Of a DNA stretch of 64,000 bases, positions 20,393 to 30,860 are shown one piece after another. A program made the translations under genes and the position numbers. The notes under the pieces are model-generated. The model had not been told where the DNA came from. It saw only the letters and a list, made by a program, of their open reading frames with translations, and ran no database searches. Each line of letters begins with the position of its first letter. Position 1 is the stretch's first letter. Location of the stretch: assembly GCA_016839745.1 (NCBI GenBank), contig JAEOTS010000045.1, positions 15,750 through 79,749 on the forward strand. Reading direction: 5' to 3'. Source of the DNA: Promethearchaeota archaeon. GTDB taxonomy: Archaea; Asgardarchaeota; Lokiarchaeia; Sigyniarchaeales; SOKP01.

Positions 20393-20618
20393 ATGTCATC
20401 ATCATCATCAGATGAACTTATAATTAAGTTTTCGTTCATTTTCTTTAATATTTATTAAGGCTCGAAATTATTTAAAAATTGCTAAATGATATAAAAAATT
20501 TAATATAAGCATTTAAAATCAAATAAATTCTTCAATTATTTTGGTTTGGAGAAAGAAAATAGGTGATTTTTTTTAAATAAAATTAGATGCACCTAAAAAG
20601 AAAAAATCTATTTCAACA

Positions 20619-22154
20619 TCATATAGATTTTAACCAGTTGGAATCGATACGATTAAGGGCAGTCTCAACTTCTTTTCTAACATTCCAATCGTCATCCCAT
20701 AATGATTTTGCTAAAGGTTCTAACGCTTCTTTGTTTCCTATTTGACCTAATGCTTTTGCAGAAGCAATTCTAATTTTAGGATCTCTGTCTTTAAGCATCT
20801 CTATAAATGGTGAGATATCACTAATATTTTCAAATTTTCCTAATGCTAAAGCAATCCAACTTTTAATGAAAAGATCATCATCATTTATTAAAGGAAATAG
20901 AGCCTCTAAGCTATCTTCATCCCCTAATTTAATTAAGAGCTTAACTGCTGCCCGTTTAGTTTTCCAATTCGTAGAATTCAAAAGAGTTTTCACCTCATTA
21001 GTGTATGTTTGATTGCTTATTTTGGATAAAGCTTCAATAGCGATATCACGCACTCTATTATCAGGATCATTTAAAAGAGTTAATAATATGGAAATCTGCT
21101 GTTCATTACCTAACTTTCCAATTAGTTTTGCACAAAGGCTCCTTATTTTCCATTCTTTATCCTTAAGACCTTCAAGAACTTGAACTGGAACTTCATCCTT
21201 AGATATCTGAATAAGTGAATTATAGGCCAATTTTCTGGTTTTATTATCACTACTCTTGAAAGAATTAATCATATAGTCTATAGAATTCTTATCTTTAAGT
21301 AAACCTAAGAGCTTGATTGCTTCCTTCCTTTCTATCATATTTTTGCTGTTTGCAACTTCATAGATTTTTTCATAAGAATCAAGTGCTATAAAGATTTGTT
21401 CTAGTGATTGGATTGATAACCTACGGATATCTTCATCCTTGTTTTTTAATAATCTTAGAAGTGGATCAATTGCCCGCTTACTTTTAATTACACTTAAGGC
21501 TTTTATGCTCGCTTTTTTAACATCCTCATCTTTATCATCCAATAAATTGATAATTAGTCTTGCATCCTTTACTTGAATCAATTTCTCTAATGCTTGAATA
21601 GCATTTCGTCTGACTTCAGGATCATTTTTGTGAAGCATATCTTTTAAATAATTAATTGATTCATCACTTTGAATTCTACCTAAGATGATTGGAATTGCTC
21701 GTTTTACATGAATATTTCCATTATCAAAATAATTAATAATCCCAGTTACATCTCCTAACTTTCCTATACTCACGATTGATTTAATTACTTCATCTTTTAT
21801 TTCTAAAGAAGGATTACTTAGCATTTCTAATAAAGGATTTAAAGCAGAGAGGAACTTAGTCTTACCAAGCGCAATTACAGCAGTTTTTCTAGCTGTTATA
21901 AAATTATCTTTTAGAGCTTCAATTAATATTGGATTTGATACTTCCGGTACGTTGTTCGCAATAACTTCAATAATTTTTGCTCTTACTTTTCCGTCTGATT
22001 CATTCTTATATTGTAGAGCAAAAAAACTCAAATTAATTTTATCAATCAAATTACCAAATGAATTTATCATATCTACTTTATTCTCTGGAACAGTTTCTTT
22101 AAGATATTTATCTTTAAGTTCTTGAAATTCCATTTTTCTAATCCTCCATACCAT
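20619..22154 (-). CDS. HEAT/PBS-lyase repeat protein
   Basis: Over a dozen L.D.D..VR..A..AL repeats. Confidence 0.92.
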   Translation of the reverse strand: MVWRIRKMEFQELKDKYLKETVPENKVDMINSFGNLIDKINLSFFALQYKNESDGKVRAKIIEVIANNVPEVSNPILIEALKDNFITARKTAVIALGKTKFLSALNPLLEMLSNPSLEIKDEVIKSIVSIGKLGDVTGIINYFDNGNIHVKRAIPIILGRIQSDESINYLKDMLHKNDPEVRRNAIQALEKLIQVKDARLIINLLDDKDEDVKKASIKALSVIKSKRAIDPLLRLLKNKDEDIRRLSIQSLEQIFIALDSYEKIYEVANSKNMIERKEAIKLLGLLKDKNSIDYMINSFKSSDNKTRKLAYNSLIQISKDEVPVQVLEGLKDKEWKIRSLCAKLIGKLGNEQQISILLTLLNDPDNRVRDIAIEALSKISNQTYTNEVKTLLNSTNWKTKRAAVKLLIKLGDEDSLEALFPLINDDDLFIKSWIALALGKFENISDISPFIEMLKDRDPKIRIASAKALGQIGNKEALEPLAKSLWDDDWNVRKEVETALNRIDSNWLKSI

Positions 22155-22276
22155 CTTTCAATGAAAAAAACCGCTAACTATAAAATCGAGTTCCTATTTT
22201 TATTTTTTAGTAAATGGAAAGATAGAAATTGTAAATATCAAAATTAAATTCTTTCACATCATATTGAACTATAATC

Positions 22277-23692
22277 ATGAAATTTATTTCTTATGAGTCT
22301 AGATTCAAAGAAACAAAAAATAAAAATATTATAATTCTTTTCTTATTTTGCCTTACATATTTATCAATTTTTCAATTATGCTTAAGAGATTCCCTTGTTA
22401 GTAATTTTAACAGCAAAGAAGATTATATTCATGAATTATATCATCCTGTAACATCAAAAAATGGATTTATTAATTCAGAAGGAAATAAAATTTTTTGGTT
22501 CATCCAAATTACTGATACCCAATTTATTTGGCTAGACCAAAATAGAATAGATACATTTTCAAAATTTCTTAACGAGACAAAGAAAATAATTAAACCGTTA
22601 TTTATAATCCATACTGGAGATATAGTCGATGCTAATAATGGTATATATCAAAACCCTGAAGAATGGCAAAACTATAATAAAACTTTATCAGAAAATAATA
22701 TTAATTCGTCAATTTATGTAGATTTAGTTGGAAATCATGATGGTTCTGAGGATCCTAATTACAGCTACTTTATCAATTACTCAATTACAGGAAGTGAATA
22801 TAAAGCTACTCAAATTTCATTTAATCATTCTTTTTCTTTTGGAAATTATGCATTTATTGGAATTAATACCGCTAAAGATTCATATGATAATATATTTGAG
22901 TTTGGATTTAGTGGTTTTTTAAATACAGAAGAATTAGATTGGTATGAGAATGAATTAAAAAGATATAAAGATTATGATAATATATTTGTTTTCGGACATC
23001 ATCCTCCTTTCTTTCTTCCATATTATAGAATTATTTCTAATTTGAGTTCAACAGGTAAATCATTTTATGATTTAAACAAAGAATATAATGTAAATTATTA
23101 TTTTTGTGGTCACATTCACTCTAATTACATTCAGAAAATAGATGGATTAAATACGATAATAACTGATAATTTTGATGATAATAATGGTACATATAGAATT
23201 GTAGTAATTGATAATAATCAACTTTCAACTTCAATTGAAAATATAGGAAAATGGCCACAAGGACTTATTATAAATCCCCCAAGTCACAACTTCTATGACT
23301 CTCAATTTAATATAGATTTAGAAAAAATTCATGTTCTTGCATGGGATCCAAAAGGGATAGTTTCTATTGAATGGTCTGTTTATTTCGAAAGCGGCATACA
23401 ATTCAAAGATTGGACTTCTTTACAAAGAAATCATGAAAACGGACTATTATGGGAAGGAGATTTTTGTAAAGATTTAAGTTATGAAAATAATTATATAGTG
23501 AAAGCAAAAATTGAAGGGAATTCTGGTCAAGTTATAAGAGAAATAATATTTAATGTTCCAAAGAGCATAAATTATGAATTAATCCATATAATTTTAACAG
23601 TATTTGTTATAGGAATTATTACTATACCAATAATAATAATCATACTTTATCCAAAAAAGATTTTAAAAAAGAAAAATAAACTTCAAAGATAA
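22277..23692 (+). CDS. Membrane-anchored calcineurin-like metallophosphoesterase, TMEM62-like
   Basis: QITD, HTGD, GNHD, GHHP, CGHIH metal-binding motifs; N- and C-terminal TM helices. Confidence 0.88.
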   Translation: MKFISYESRFKETKNKNIIILFLFCLTYLSIFQLCLRDSLVSNFNSKEDYIHELYHPVTSKNGFINSEGNKIFWFIQITDTQFIWLDQNRIDTFSKFLNETKKIIKPLFIIHTGDIVDANNGIYQNPEEWQNYNKTLSENNINSSIYVDLVGNHDGSEDPNYSYFINYSITGSEYKATQISFNHSFSFGNYAFIGINTAKDSYDNIFEFGFSGFLNTEELDWYENELKRYKDYDNIFVFGHHPPFFLPYYRIISNLSSTGKSFYDLNKEYNVNYYFCGHIHSNYIQKIDGLNTIITDNFDDNNGTYRIVVIDNNQLSTSIENIGKWPQGLIINPPSHNFYDSQFNIDLEKIHVLAWDPKGIVSIEWSVYFESGIQFKDWTSLQRNHENGLLWEGDFCKDLSYENNYIVKAKIEGNSGQVIREIIFNVPKSINYELIHIILTVFVIGIITIPIIIIILYPKKILKKKNKLQR

Positions 23693-23760
23693 TATTAAAA
23701 GAATATATAAAAAAAATAGGCATTAGGATAGGCATCAACACTGTTAAAGACAAAGTTGAT

Positions 23761-25383
23761 TTGAGTATGTGGAAAACAATAGCTAAAAATGAAATTCGGT
23801 TAGCAACTTATAGATTTAGGAAAAATAGGAGACTATTTTTATTATATCTATTTTCTATTTTAATTTTTTGGGGTTTTTATTTTGGTCCAAACTTTCTTGA
23901 TATGTTGATTCCAGAATTTGTAAGTTATTATGGATATATGTATTTAAATCAGTTAGTCTTGTACTTTGAATATTTTTTTTTCCTTATTTTTCTGTTAAAT
24001 ATAATGCTCCCATTATATAATTTATATAATAAAAAGGGAGGTGATACAAAGGAATTTATTCTTGCTTCTCCCATTAAACCAAAAGAAATCTTCTTTGGAA
24101 CATTCATTTGGAAGATGCCATTTTATTTATTATTTGTATTGTTTATTGGTCCGGTATTTACCAGCTTGTTGAATCAAATTGCTGACTTGAATATTTTTCA
24201 TCATGTCGTGATTTATTTATGCATATTTGGGGTTCTAGTTTTTAGTCTATTAATCGGGAAAGTTATTTCAAACCTTATTGAATATAAAATTAATAAAAAC
24301 CAAAAAGCGCAAAACACTCGTAAAATTAGAATACTGGTAATTACTCTAATATTGATAATTGTCTACTTCTTCATACGATTTTTGAGTACCTTATTTTTAA
24401 CCTCGCCAGTATTAAAGAATTGGTTAAATATTTTTCCTTCATATTGGTACTCGTCTATCATTATATATCTCATTGATCCATCGATGCTATCTTTAAACTT
24501 CTTTAACATCTGGATAATCTTATTTCTCGCAATTTTCATTCCTATTTTAATTTTTTTTGTTTCTTATAAGAAATCTAATGTCTTTTATATTATAAAAAGT
24601 TCAGATGATTTTTCTGAATTAAAAACCGGAAAAGATAAGAAGAGTTATATTTTCTTGAGAAAAATTACTTTAAAAAAATGGAAAGTTTTGGTACAAACTC
24701 ATTTTAAAGAATTTTTTAGGAATGAAGAGTATATATTAAAATTCTTCTATGCAATTGTATTAAATATTATTTTCGGTATAGTTTTAGCTTTATCTCTTGG
24801 CGAATTTGAATGGGGACCTATTAGTGAAATACAAATATATAAACTTTTAGAAGTTATGATTGTTTCCTGGATAGGTAGCATTCTATTTGGATCTATGTCT
24901 GGACTTTATATTTTTATTGAATCGAAAAACTTAGTAAATATCTATAAAAAATCTCTAAGAGGAACAAAATCTTTAATTTATTCGATTTTATACTTTTTAG
25001 TTTATTTAATCGTTTTTATAGAATTAATTTCTGTAACTCTATTTACTTTAATTTTCCAATTAGATCCATTATTATTTTTGATATTTATTGTTACTTACTT
25101 TATAGTGAGCTTAACTATCGTTTTAGAAATGATAGGAATTCAATGTTTAAAGCCAATATTTAAAGATCGAAAATCGATGATTATGTGGAATGTCTACATT
25201 TTAATGATCTTGCAGATTTTCTCTTTATTACTAACTTTTAGTCTTTTAATTCCATATATTTCTGATGGTACGGAACCACTCTTAGCGTTATTATATATCT
25301 TTATAATTCATTTTGGAATAACCTCAGGAATAGCAATAGTGCTATTTTTTCTAGGAATTAGAAAGATTAGTAAATTTGAATAA
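23761..25383 (+). CDS. ABC-2-type exporter permease-like polytopic membrane protein
   Basis: Starts MWKTIAKNEIR; EFILASPIKPKEIFFG; about 12-13 TM segments in two halves. Confidence 0.75.
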   Translation: MSMWKTIAKNEIRLATYRFRKNRRLFLLYLFSILIFWGFYFGPNFLDMLIPEFVSYYGYMYLNQLVLYFEYFFFLIFLLNIMLPLYNLYNKKGGDTKEFILASPIKPKEIFFGTFIWKMPFYLLFVLFIGPVFTSLLNQIADLNIFHHVVIYLCIFGVLVFSLLIGKVISNLIEYKINKNQKAQNTRKIRILVITLILIIVYFFIRFLSTLFLTSPVLKNWLNIFPSYWYSSIIIYLIDPSMLSLNFFNIWIILFLAIFIPILIFFVSYKKSNVFYIIKSSDDFSELKTGKDKKSYIFLRKITLKKWKVLVQTHFKEFFRNEEYILKFFYAIVLNIIFGIVLALSLGEFEWGPISEIQIYKLLEVMIVSWIGSILFGSMSGLYIFIESKNLVNIYKKSLRGTKSLIYSILYFLVYLIVFIELISVTLFTLIFQLDPLLFLIFIVTYFIVSLTIVLEMIGIQCLKPIFKDRKSMIMWNVYILMILQIFSLLLTFSLLIPYISDGTEPLLALLYIFIIHFGITSGIAIVLFFLGIRKISKFE

Positions 25384-25560
25384 GGTTTTAATTTCTTTAA
25401 ATTTTTAATTTTTGAGAGATAAAGATTAACTACATTAGATATTATGCCATTCGAATCAATAATAAAATTGATTATATCGTTGATCTCATTATTTTATCTA
25501 ATTCACCATTTCAATTTGATTCAATAACTTTTTTTTAGGAGCTGAAATTAATTTAAAATT

Positions 25561-26043
25561 ATGAAAACAGTAATAATTTATTTTACAATGTCAGGAAGAA
25601 CAAAAAAAACCGCAGAGGCTATTGCTAGTACTTTAACTAATCATGAAGTGAGCTACTTATCAATAGAATTAACTGGCAAATTTATTGAAAAGATAAAAGA
25701 GTTAGATAAATTCGAGAATAATGATTATTCAGCTATAGAAACACAATTTAGCGGTTTCAATGCTTCAGGTTTTGATTTGATCATAATTGGTATGCCTACT
25801 TATGGAAATTTCCCACCGAAGGTGTTTGGTGAAATATTACGGCGGATGGGTAATTTGAATGGAAAAAATGTGGTTATTTTCAATACAGCTCGATTTTCAG
25901 GTGGAAAGTGTCTTGTTTATATGAAAGAAAAAATTGAAGAAGCTGGTGGTGAAGTAATAAATCAATCTAAATTTAGGAAATTATTCTGGATTGGCACAAA
26001 AAAAGCTATTCAATTTGGAAAACAAATCAATGAAATAAAATAA
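25561..26043 (+). CDS. Flavodoxin-family protein
   Basis: IIYFTMSGRTKKTAEAIA and IIIGMPTY motifs. Confidence 0.88.
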   Translation: MKTVIIYFTMSGRTKKTAEAIASTLTNHEVSYLSIELTGKFIEKIKELDKFENNDYSAIETQFSGFNASGFDLIIIGMPTYGNFPPKVFGEILRRMGNLNGKNVVIFNTARFSGGKCLVYMKEKIEEAGGEVINQSKFRKLFWIGTKKAIQFGKQINEIK

Positions 26044-26131
26044 ATCTGATTTATCCATTTTTAATTATTTTTTTACAGAGATTTATCCCTAAATTTAAGA
26101 TTCTTTTATCGCGAATTTTTCCCTAATGGTC

Positions 26132-26164
26132 GCAGAAGCTACATAATAGGTAGGCTTCTACTGC
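26132..26164. terminator. Imperfect hairpin between convergent genes (possible terminator)
   Basis: GCAGAAGCTAC-ATAATAG-GTAGGCTTCTACTGC stem-loop between the flavodoxin (+) and small membrane gene (-). Confidence 0.3.
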
Positions 26165-26182
26165 AAAAAGATTTAAAAATGT

Positions 26183-26455
26183 TTATGATGTATTTGAATT
26201 TGAAGATCTTCTTTTTATTTGTTTATATATGTAATTAATTACGAGGGGAGCTACTAATATAAGAAGTCCATACGGATTTACTAAAAAAAGGTTGAGCACA
26301 GATAATAATAAATCTGAGGGATTATATTTAAATATATAAAATATTAGAAATAGATAAACAGCAACGCTAAATAATACAAACAAATAATCAGCTTTCATTT
26401 TCCACAAAAAACCTAATAAAACTAAAAAAAAAAATATTGCGCTTAAATATTCCAT
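26183..26455 (-). CDS. Small 3-TM membrane protein
   Basis: 90-aa hydrophobic ORF co-oriented with the upstream surface-protein gene. Confidence 0.6.
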   Translation of the reverse strand: MEYLSAIFFFLVLLGFLWKMKADYLFVLFSVAVYLFLIFYIFKYNPSDLLLSVLNLFLVNPYGLLILVAPLVINYIYKQIKRRSSNSNTS

Positions 26456-26500
26456 ACTTCAAACCATTATATTTTAGGTAAAATATATTAAAAAAAAAAA

Positions 26501-28327
26501 TTAAAATTTTAGTTTCTTTTTCTTTATTGAAATTATTAATACGCCCATTGAAAATAGTGTAATACCAGTAAATATTAGAAGAGGATAACCGGGAATTATG
26601 TCAGTTTCAGTTAGTGTTGTTAATAATACAATAGATGCAACTTCTTGTCCACCATATGTTAACCGGATATGATCTAGTACACCATTACTATCCCAATCCA
26701 TATCAAAATTAATAGTTTTACCAGCGACAGGTCCAGGAAATTCATAAGCTTTGACAATACCACTCCAATCATAACCCTTTCCAACGAATAATCCTGCTGT
26801 TGACAAGAATTGTTCGATTAAAGCACTTTGATCTGCTGGAAATGTTGTTGGATCTAAAATATACAATTGGTAATATTGAAATATATCTCCTCCTACTAAA
26901 TCTGTTAAATTTACCCAATCACTCAACGGAATTCTAATCTGGATTGTAAGATTTATGGGTACCCCTTTAGGACCTCCAGGAATTAGCTCTACTTCATCTC
27001 CTATATGATCTATTATTGCTTTCAGTCTAAATTTGTCGAATCCACCCATTAATTCAAATTGATATAAAAGGGTTTCAAACTCAACCATCAGCTGATCAAA
27101 ATATATTTGACCCTGATTTACATAATATGATCTTAAACTATCAATTGATAAAGTCGTCCAACCAGGTGGAAAAAATCCTTCGGGATATGAAGAATTTATA
27201 GCAATTACCATCATTCCCATTGATTCTCTTATTAAATCTAATGTGGGCATCGCTTGTTGTTGAGGAGACATCCCTGAAGTCATACCATAAACGGTCATAT
27301 TAATTATTTCAGACATATTTAGAGCATATAAATCAAAGGGAACTGTGCTGTTGAAACTCTCAATAACGAACTCTGCAATATAGGTAATATTTTCATCTTT
27401 AATTGGTTCAAGGTATAAGATATCTATCATTAGATCTGATAAGGTGTGATCTTCCCAATCTCCAGGAATAGTTCCAATAGACATATTGAAGAGATACATA
27501 TACTGATCAATGGCTGTAAAGAAACTGACCTCAGTTAATCCTGTATAAGCATACATTTCATCCATTTGATCAATAAACCATTGTGGAATTATTGGTAACA
27601 CTTGTTGGTAAAGTGTAGTTAGATTCATGTGAAACCAACCTGATGGGATCATTCCGGGAATAATGGTGGTATTGACAAAATCAGCTATAAAACTAAGAGA
27701 ATATTCCAGCAGATCATCCACTGTCATAGTTTCCCATCCTGAAGGTAGCCATCCGTAAATATCTAAACTATTAATTAACAATTCGAAAATGTCGCTTATG
27801 GTAAACTCTTCGAATCCAGGGTAAGTCGCATTCAATCCATCTATTACATACCCGAAAAATGTATCAATATTATCAGATCTCCAATCAGAAGGAATGAAAC
27901 CAGATAGTACAGTAGTGTTAAATGTTTCTACAGTACTATCGAATAACGATTCTAGAAATGTTGAAAAATTAACTGTTTTCCAATCAGAGGGAATTAACCC
28001 TGGAAGGAAATTTGTATTAATAAAATCTATCGAATCTGCGGCCAAAAGTGAAATAGCGTCAGAAGCATTCAAATCAGTATAAGGACCAAGATCTAAAGCC
28101 AAGATTTCAGTAAATAATTCATCAACAAAGGTTTCAAAATCATTTTTTAAAGAATATACTCCATCTTTATTTAGTCCTAAGTCCCATACATATTCTTCGC
28201 CTTCAGAAATACCAACATAACTAGGAGCTTGCGCAACAGTGAAATTTCCAACTGAAATTAAAATAAGGCTGCCTATTAATAATATACTAGCAATTTTTAC
28301 TTTTCGCATTTTGATTGCCCTTAACAA
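26501..28327 (-). CDS. Exported surface protein with internal G-x-x-P-x-(D/G)-W repeats and C-terminal membrane anchor
   Basis: Signal peptide, YVGISEGEEYVW N-terminus, six GxxPx(D/G)W motifs, IPGYP-TM-KKKK tail. Confidence 0.85.
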   Translation of the reverse strand: MLRAIKMRKVKIASILLIGSLILISVGNFTVAQAPSYVGISEGEEYVWDLGLNKDGVYSLKNDFETFVDELFTEILALDLGPYTDLNASDAISLLAADSIDFINTNFLPGLIPSDWKTVNFSTFLESLFDSTVETFNTTVLSGFIPSDWRSDNIDTFFGYVIDGLNATYPGFEEFTISDIFELLINSLDIYGWLPSGWETMTVDDLLEYSLSFIADFVNTTIIPGMIPSGWFHMNLTTLYQQVLPIIPQWFIDQMDEMYAYTGLTEVSFFTAIDQYMYLFNMSIGTIPGDWEDHTLSDLMIDILYLEPIKDENITYIAEFVIESFNSTVPFDLYALNMSEIINMTVYGMTSGMSPQQQAMPTLDLIRESMGMMVIAINSSYPEGFFPPGWTTLSIDSLRSYYVNQGQIYFDQLMVEFETLLYQFELMGGFDKFRLKAIIDHIGDEVELIPGGPKGVPINLTIQIRIPLSDWVNLTDLVGGDIFQYYQLYILDPTTFPADQSALIEQFLSTAGLFVGKGYDWSGIVKAYEFPGPVAGKTINFDMDWDSNGVLDHIRLTYGGQEVASIVLLTTLTETDIIPGYPLLIFTGITLFSMGVLIISIKKKKLKF

Positions 28328-28586
28328 ATTAAATTATTTTTTAGTAAAATTACTTTAGTATATAATATACACATTATCTATTTAAACATATGTTATAATG
28401 GTTCAGTAAGCTTTTAAATTAAATTTTTTAAAAATTATCAAATAAATTCTTTACAAATTCTAAGAATCAATAATTCCTAAATTATTAATTATTCCTAATA
28501 ATTACACATATATTACAATAATAACTTTTTATATAACTTTTAAAACTAGTTTAAAATCAATATTTGAAAAAAGCGGGATATAAAAG

Positions 28587-29351
28587 ATGGATTATAACCT
28601 TGCAATAATCACTCAAGATCTTTCTAAAAATTATGGTAAGACACTTGCTGTAAAAAATCTGAATCTAAATGTGCCTTATGGTATAATATATGGGCTTCTC
28701 GGACCAAACGGAGCGGGAAAGACCACAACTGTCAAAATGCTTAATTCGATGATTGAACCTAGTAGTGGTAATGCGAAAGTAATGAATTATGATATTATCA
28801 CTCAAAAGAAGGAAGTTAAATTAAATTGTGGATATTTATCTGAATCACCAAGTTTGTATGAAAAACTCACCGCAAGAGAGTTTTTAGAGTTTGTAGGTGA
28901 ATTGTATTACATTACTCCAAGAATGAATGCTAAGCGAATAAGTGAATTATTAGTTTTATTTGATCTAACTAATAAAGAAAATGATTTAATTAAAACATTT
29001 TCAAGAGGAATGAAACAAAAATTAGGATTGTGTGCGGCATTAATACATGATCCGGAGATTATCTTCTTAGATGAACCTACATCAAACCTAGATCCCGAAA
29101 CAAGCAGAACAGTTAAAGACCTTGTGTTGGATTTAGTGAAAAAAGTAAATAAAACTATTTTTCTCTGTACTCACTTACTCGATACTGCTGAAGAATTATG
29201 CGATAAAATTGGAATTATTAATAATGGGACCTTACTAATAGAGGGAAAACCACGAGATTTAATCAAATCTGTTGATGCAAAAGATTTAGAAGATGCCTAT
29301 TTAAAAATGTTGAGAATATCTAGGAATAAAGATGTATTATCCTGGAGATAG
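28587..29351 (+). CDS. ABC transporter ATP-binding protein (ABC-2 exporter type)
   Basis: GPNGAGKTT, FSRGMKQK, FLDEPT, CTH. Confidence 0.95.
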   Translation: MDYNLAIITQDLSKNYGKTLAVKNLNLNVPYGIIYGLLGPNGAGKTTTVKMLNSMIEPSSGNAKVMNYDIITQKKEVKLNCGYLSESPSLYEKLTAREFLEFVGELYYITPRMNAKRISELLVLFDLTNKENDLIKTFSRGMKQKLGLCAALIHDPEIIFLDEPTSNLDPETSRTVKDLVLDLVKKVNKTIFLCTHLLDTAEELCDKIGIINNGTLLIEGKPRDLIKSVDAKDLEDAYLKMLRISRNKDVLSWR

Positions 29352-29517
29352 CTAGGTAATTTTCGATCTTAATACCGCACTATCTTGATCTGATTCATTA
29401 CATGCTGGAGTTAATTATTCTTGTAATAAAACTAACTATTTATCCCAAATGAAAATAATAAATATGCTACCTTATGATTATTAGCAGATAAAAAAGAAAA
29501 GTAAAAAAAATAGAAAC

Positions 29518-29784
29518 TTACGAACTAAGTAATTGAAATAGTATCGTAGCATGAGGGATATAGAATTGGTCTTTAACTTTAATTACGACAGTATGAAAGT
29601 ATTCAGCTAAACCTAAAAAACCCCTTATAACAGATTCGTCCTCTTCGAACTTAAATACTACTCTAGCTATAGCTGCGCCAGTACTAAAGTTGGCTTTTTC
29701 ATACACCCTTTCATCGATTAAAGGAATTTTCAATTCGTTTACAATTTCATACACACGCTTAATGAAGAGTTCTCTCTTTGGAAT
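29518..29784 (-). CDS. Small hypothetical protein, probable ATT start
   Basis: Track ORF (GTG 29754) extends in frame to ATT-CCA at 29784, preceded by AGGTG; no upstream ATG before an in-frame stop. Confidence 0.65.
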   Translation of the reverse strand: MPKRELFIKRVYEIVNELKIPLIDERVYEKANFSTGAAIARVVFKFEEDESVIRGFLGLAEYFHTVVIKVKDQFYIPHATILFQLLSS

Positions 29785-30058
29785 ATTAAAACACCTATTA
29801 ATATTGAAAACTAATTATTATAGATACAAATGAAATATGATATATAATATATTAGATTTGAACCTTTTAATTGTTTTTTTTTCCAAGAAATTTTTGATTA
29901 GACGGAACTTATTTAGTTAAGTTAAAATCTAAGATGCGATACAAGTATTATAAAAAAATAAAAATAAAAATATAAATTAATATAATACAATTACTACTAT
30001 AGCTATATATTATTCCATAATAAAAAAATAAAAAAAAATTAGAGGAATTGATGGATCG

Positions 30059-30754
30059 TTGGTTTCGAAAGAATATAAGAAGATAGAGAGAGTCGTAAAT
30101 TTTATGAAAAAAGGGTTAACATCCCTATCTGACGATTTAGAAGAAACTGTTAAAGGGATTAATGATTTTATAAAATCATTGGGTAAGGCATTGAAGGATT
30201 TGAAAGATGTCTCTATTGAACCAGAATTAAAAACTGTAAGCACATCCTCTAAAAAAGTCGTTGGTACCTCAACGGGACAAGCAAAAACTGCTGCTGCCAG
30301 TACGTTATTTAATTTACTGAGCGGTAGTCCCGGAGCAGTACAACAAGCGCCACCAACTGCTACCGCGAGTACTTCACCTACGGTTGGGAGCCCTCCTAAA
30401 TCACCTAGTGTTGGTCCTCCAAAAAGACCTGCAAGTGGGGTGCCTCCTAAAGCCCCAATAACTGGCGTAGCCCCTAAACGCTCTAATTTACCACCAGCAC
30501 CAAAATTACCTCCCACTGCTGGAAGTGGTCCCCCCCAAGCACCAAATAAGGGAATAGTTCAAACTCCATCATTTGCCAAAAGACCTGCGGCTCCTGCAAC
30601 AGGCGTTCCTGCAAGACCACCTGGCGCACCTACAGCACCTCCAGCGGTATCGGCTCCAGCAACGGCACCTCAAGCCGGCGGTGGATTAGGTTCTTTACGC
30701 GACGAGATGTTAGAAGAATTAAACCGCTTAAAGAAAATAATGAGAGGAGATTAA
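30059..30754 (+). CDS. Coiled-coil / proline-rich / C-terminal WH2-like helix protein
   Basis: N-terminal heptads; about 110-aa Pro/Ala/Gly/Ser/Thr-rich linker; ends GGGLGSLRDEMLEELNRLKKIMRGD. Confidence 0.8.
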   Translation: MVSKEYKKIERVVNFMKKGLTSLSDDLEETVKGINDFIKSLGKALKDLKDVSIEPELKTVSTSSKKVVGTSTGQAKTAAASTLFNLLSGSPGAVQQAPPTATASTSPTVGSPPKSPSVGPPKRPASGVPPKAPITGVAPKRSNLPPAPKLPPTAGSGPPQAPNKGIVQTPSFAKRPAAPATGVPARPPGAPTAPPAVSAPATAPQAGGGLGSLRDEMLEELNRLKKIMRGD

Positions 30755-30860
30755 GAAACAGACTTTACTACTTTTTGTTAGTCTTTTATATTAGGAATTT
30801 CTTAATTTTTACTTTCTCATTCAACAACTTTTTATTATAAATATCAGATATTTAATATAG

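Noticed and set aside
22277-25383. Horizontally acquired low-GC island
   Set aside because: It looks more AT-rich, but this is explained by Ile/Phe/Asn/Tyr-rich membrane proteins; no integrase, tRNA or flanking direct repeats were seen.
30010-30516. 168-aa Gly-rich antisense ORF
   Set aside because: Mirror of the Pro-rich + strand gene (CCN codons read as Gly); the + strand ORF fits the gene run and has coherent domains.
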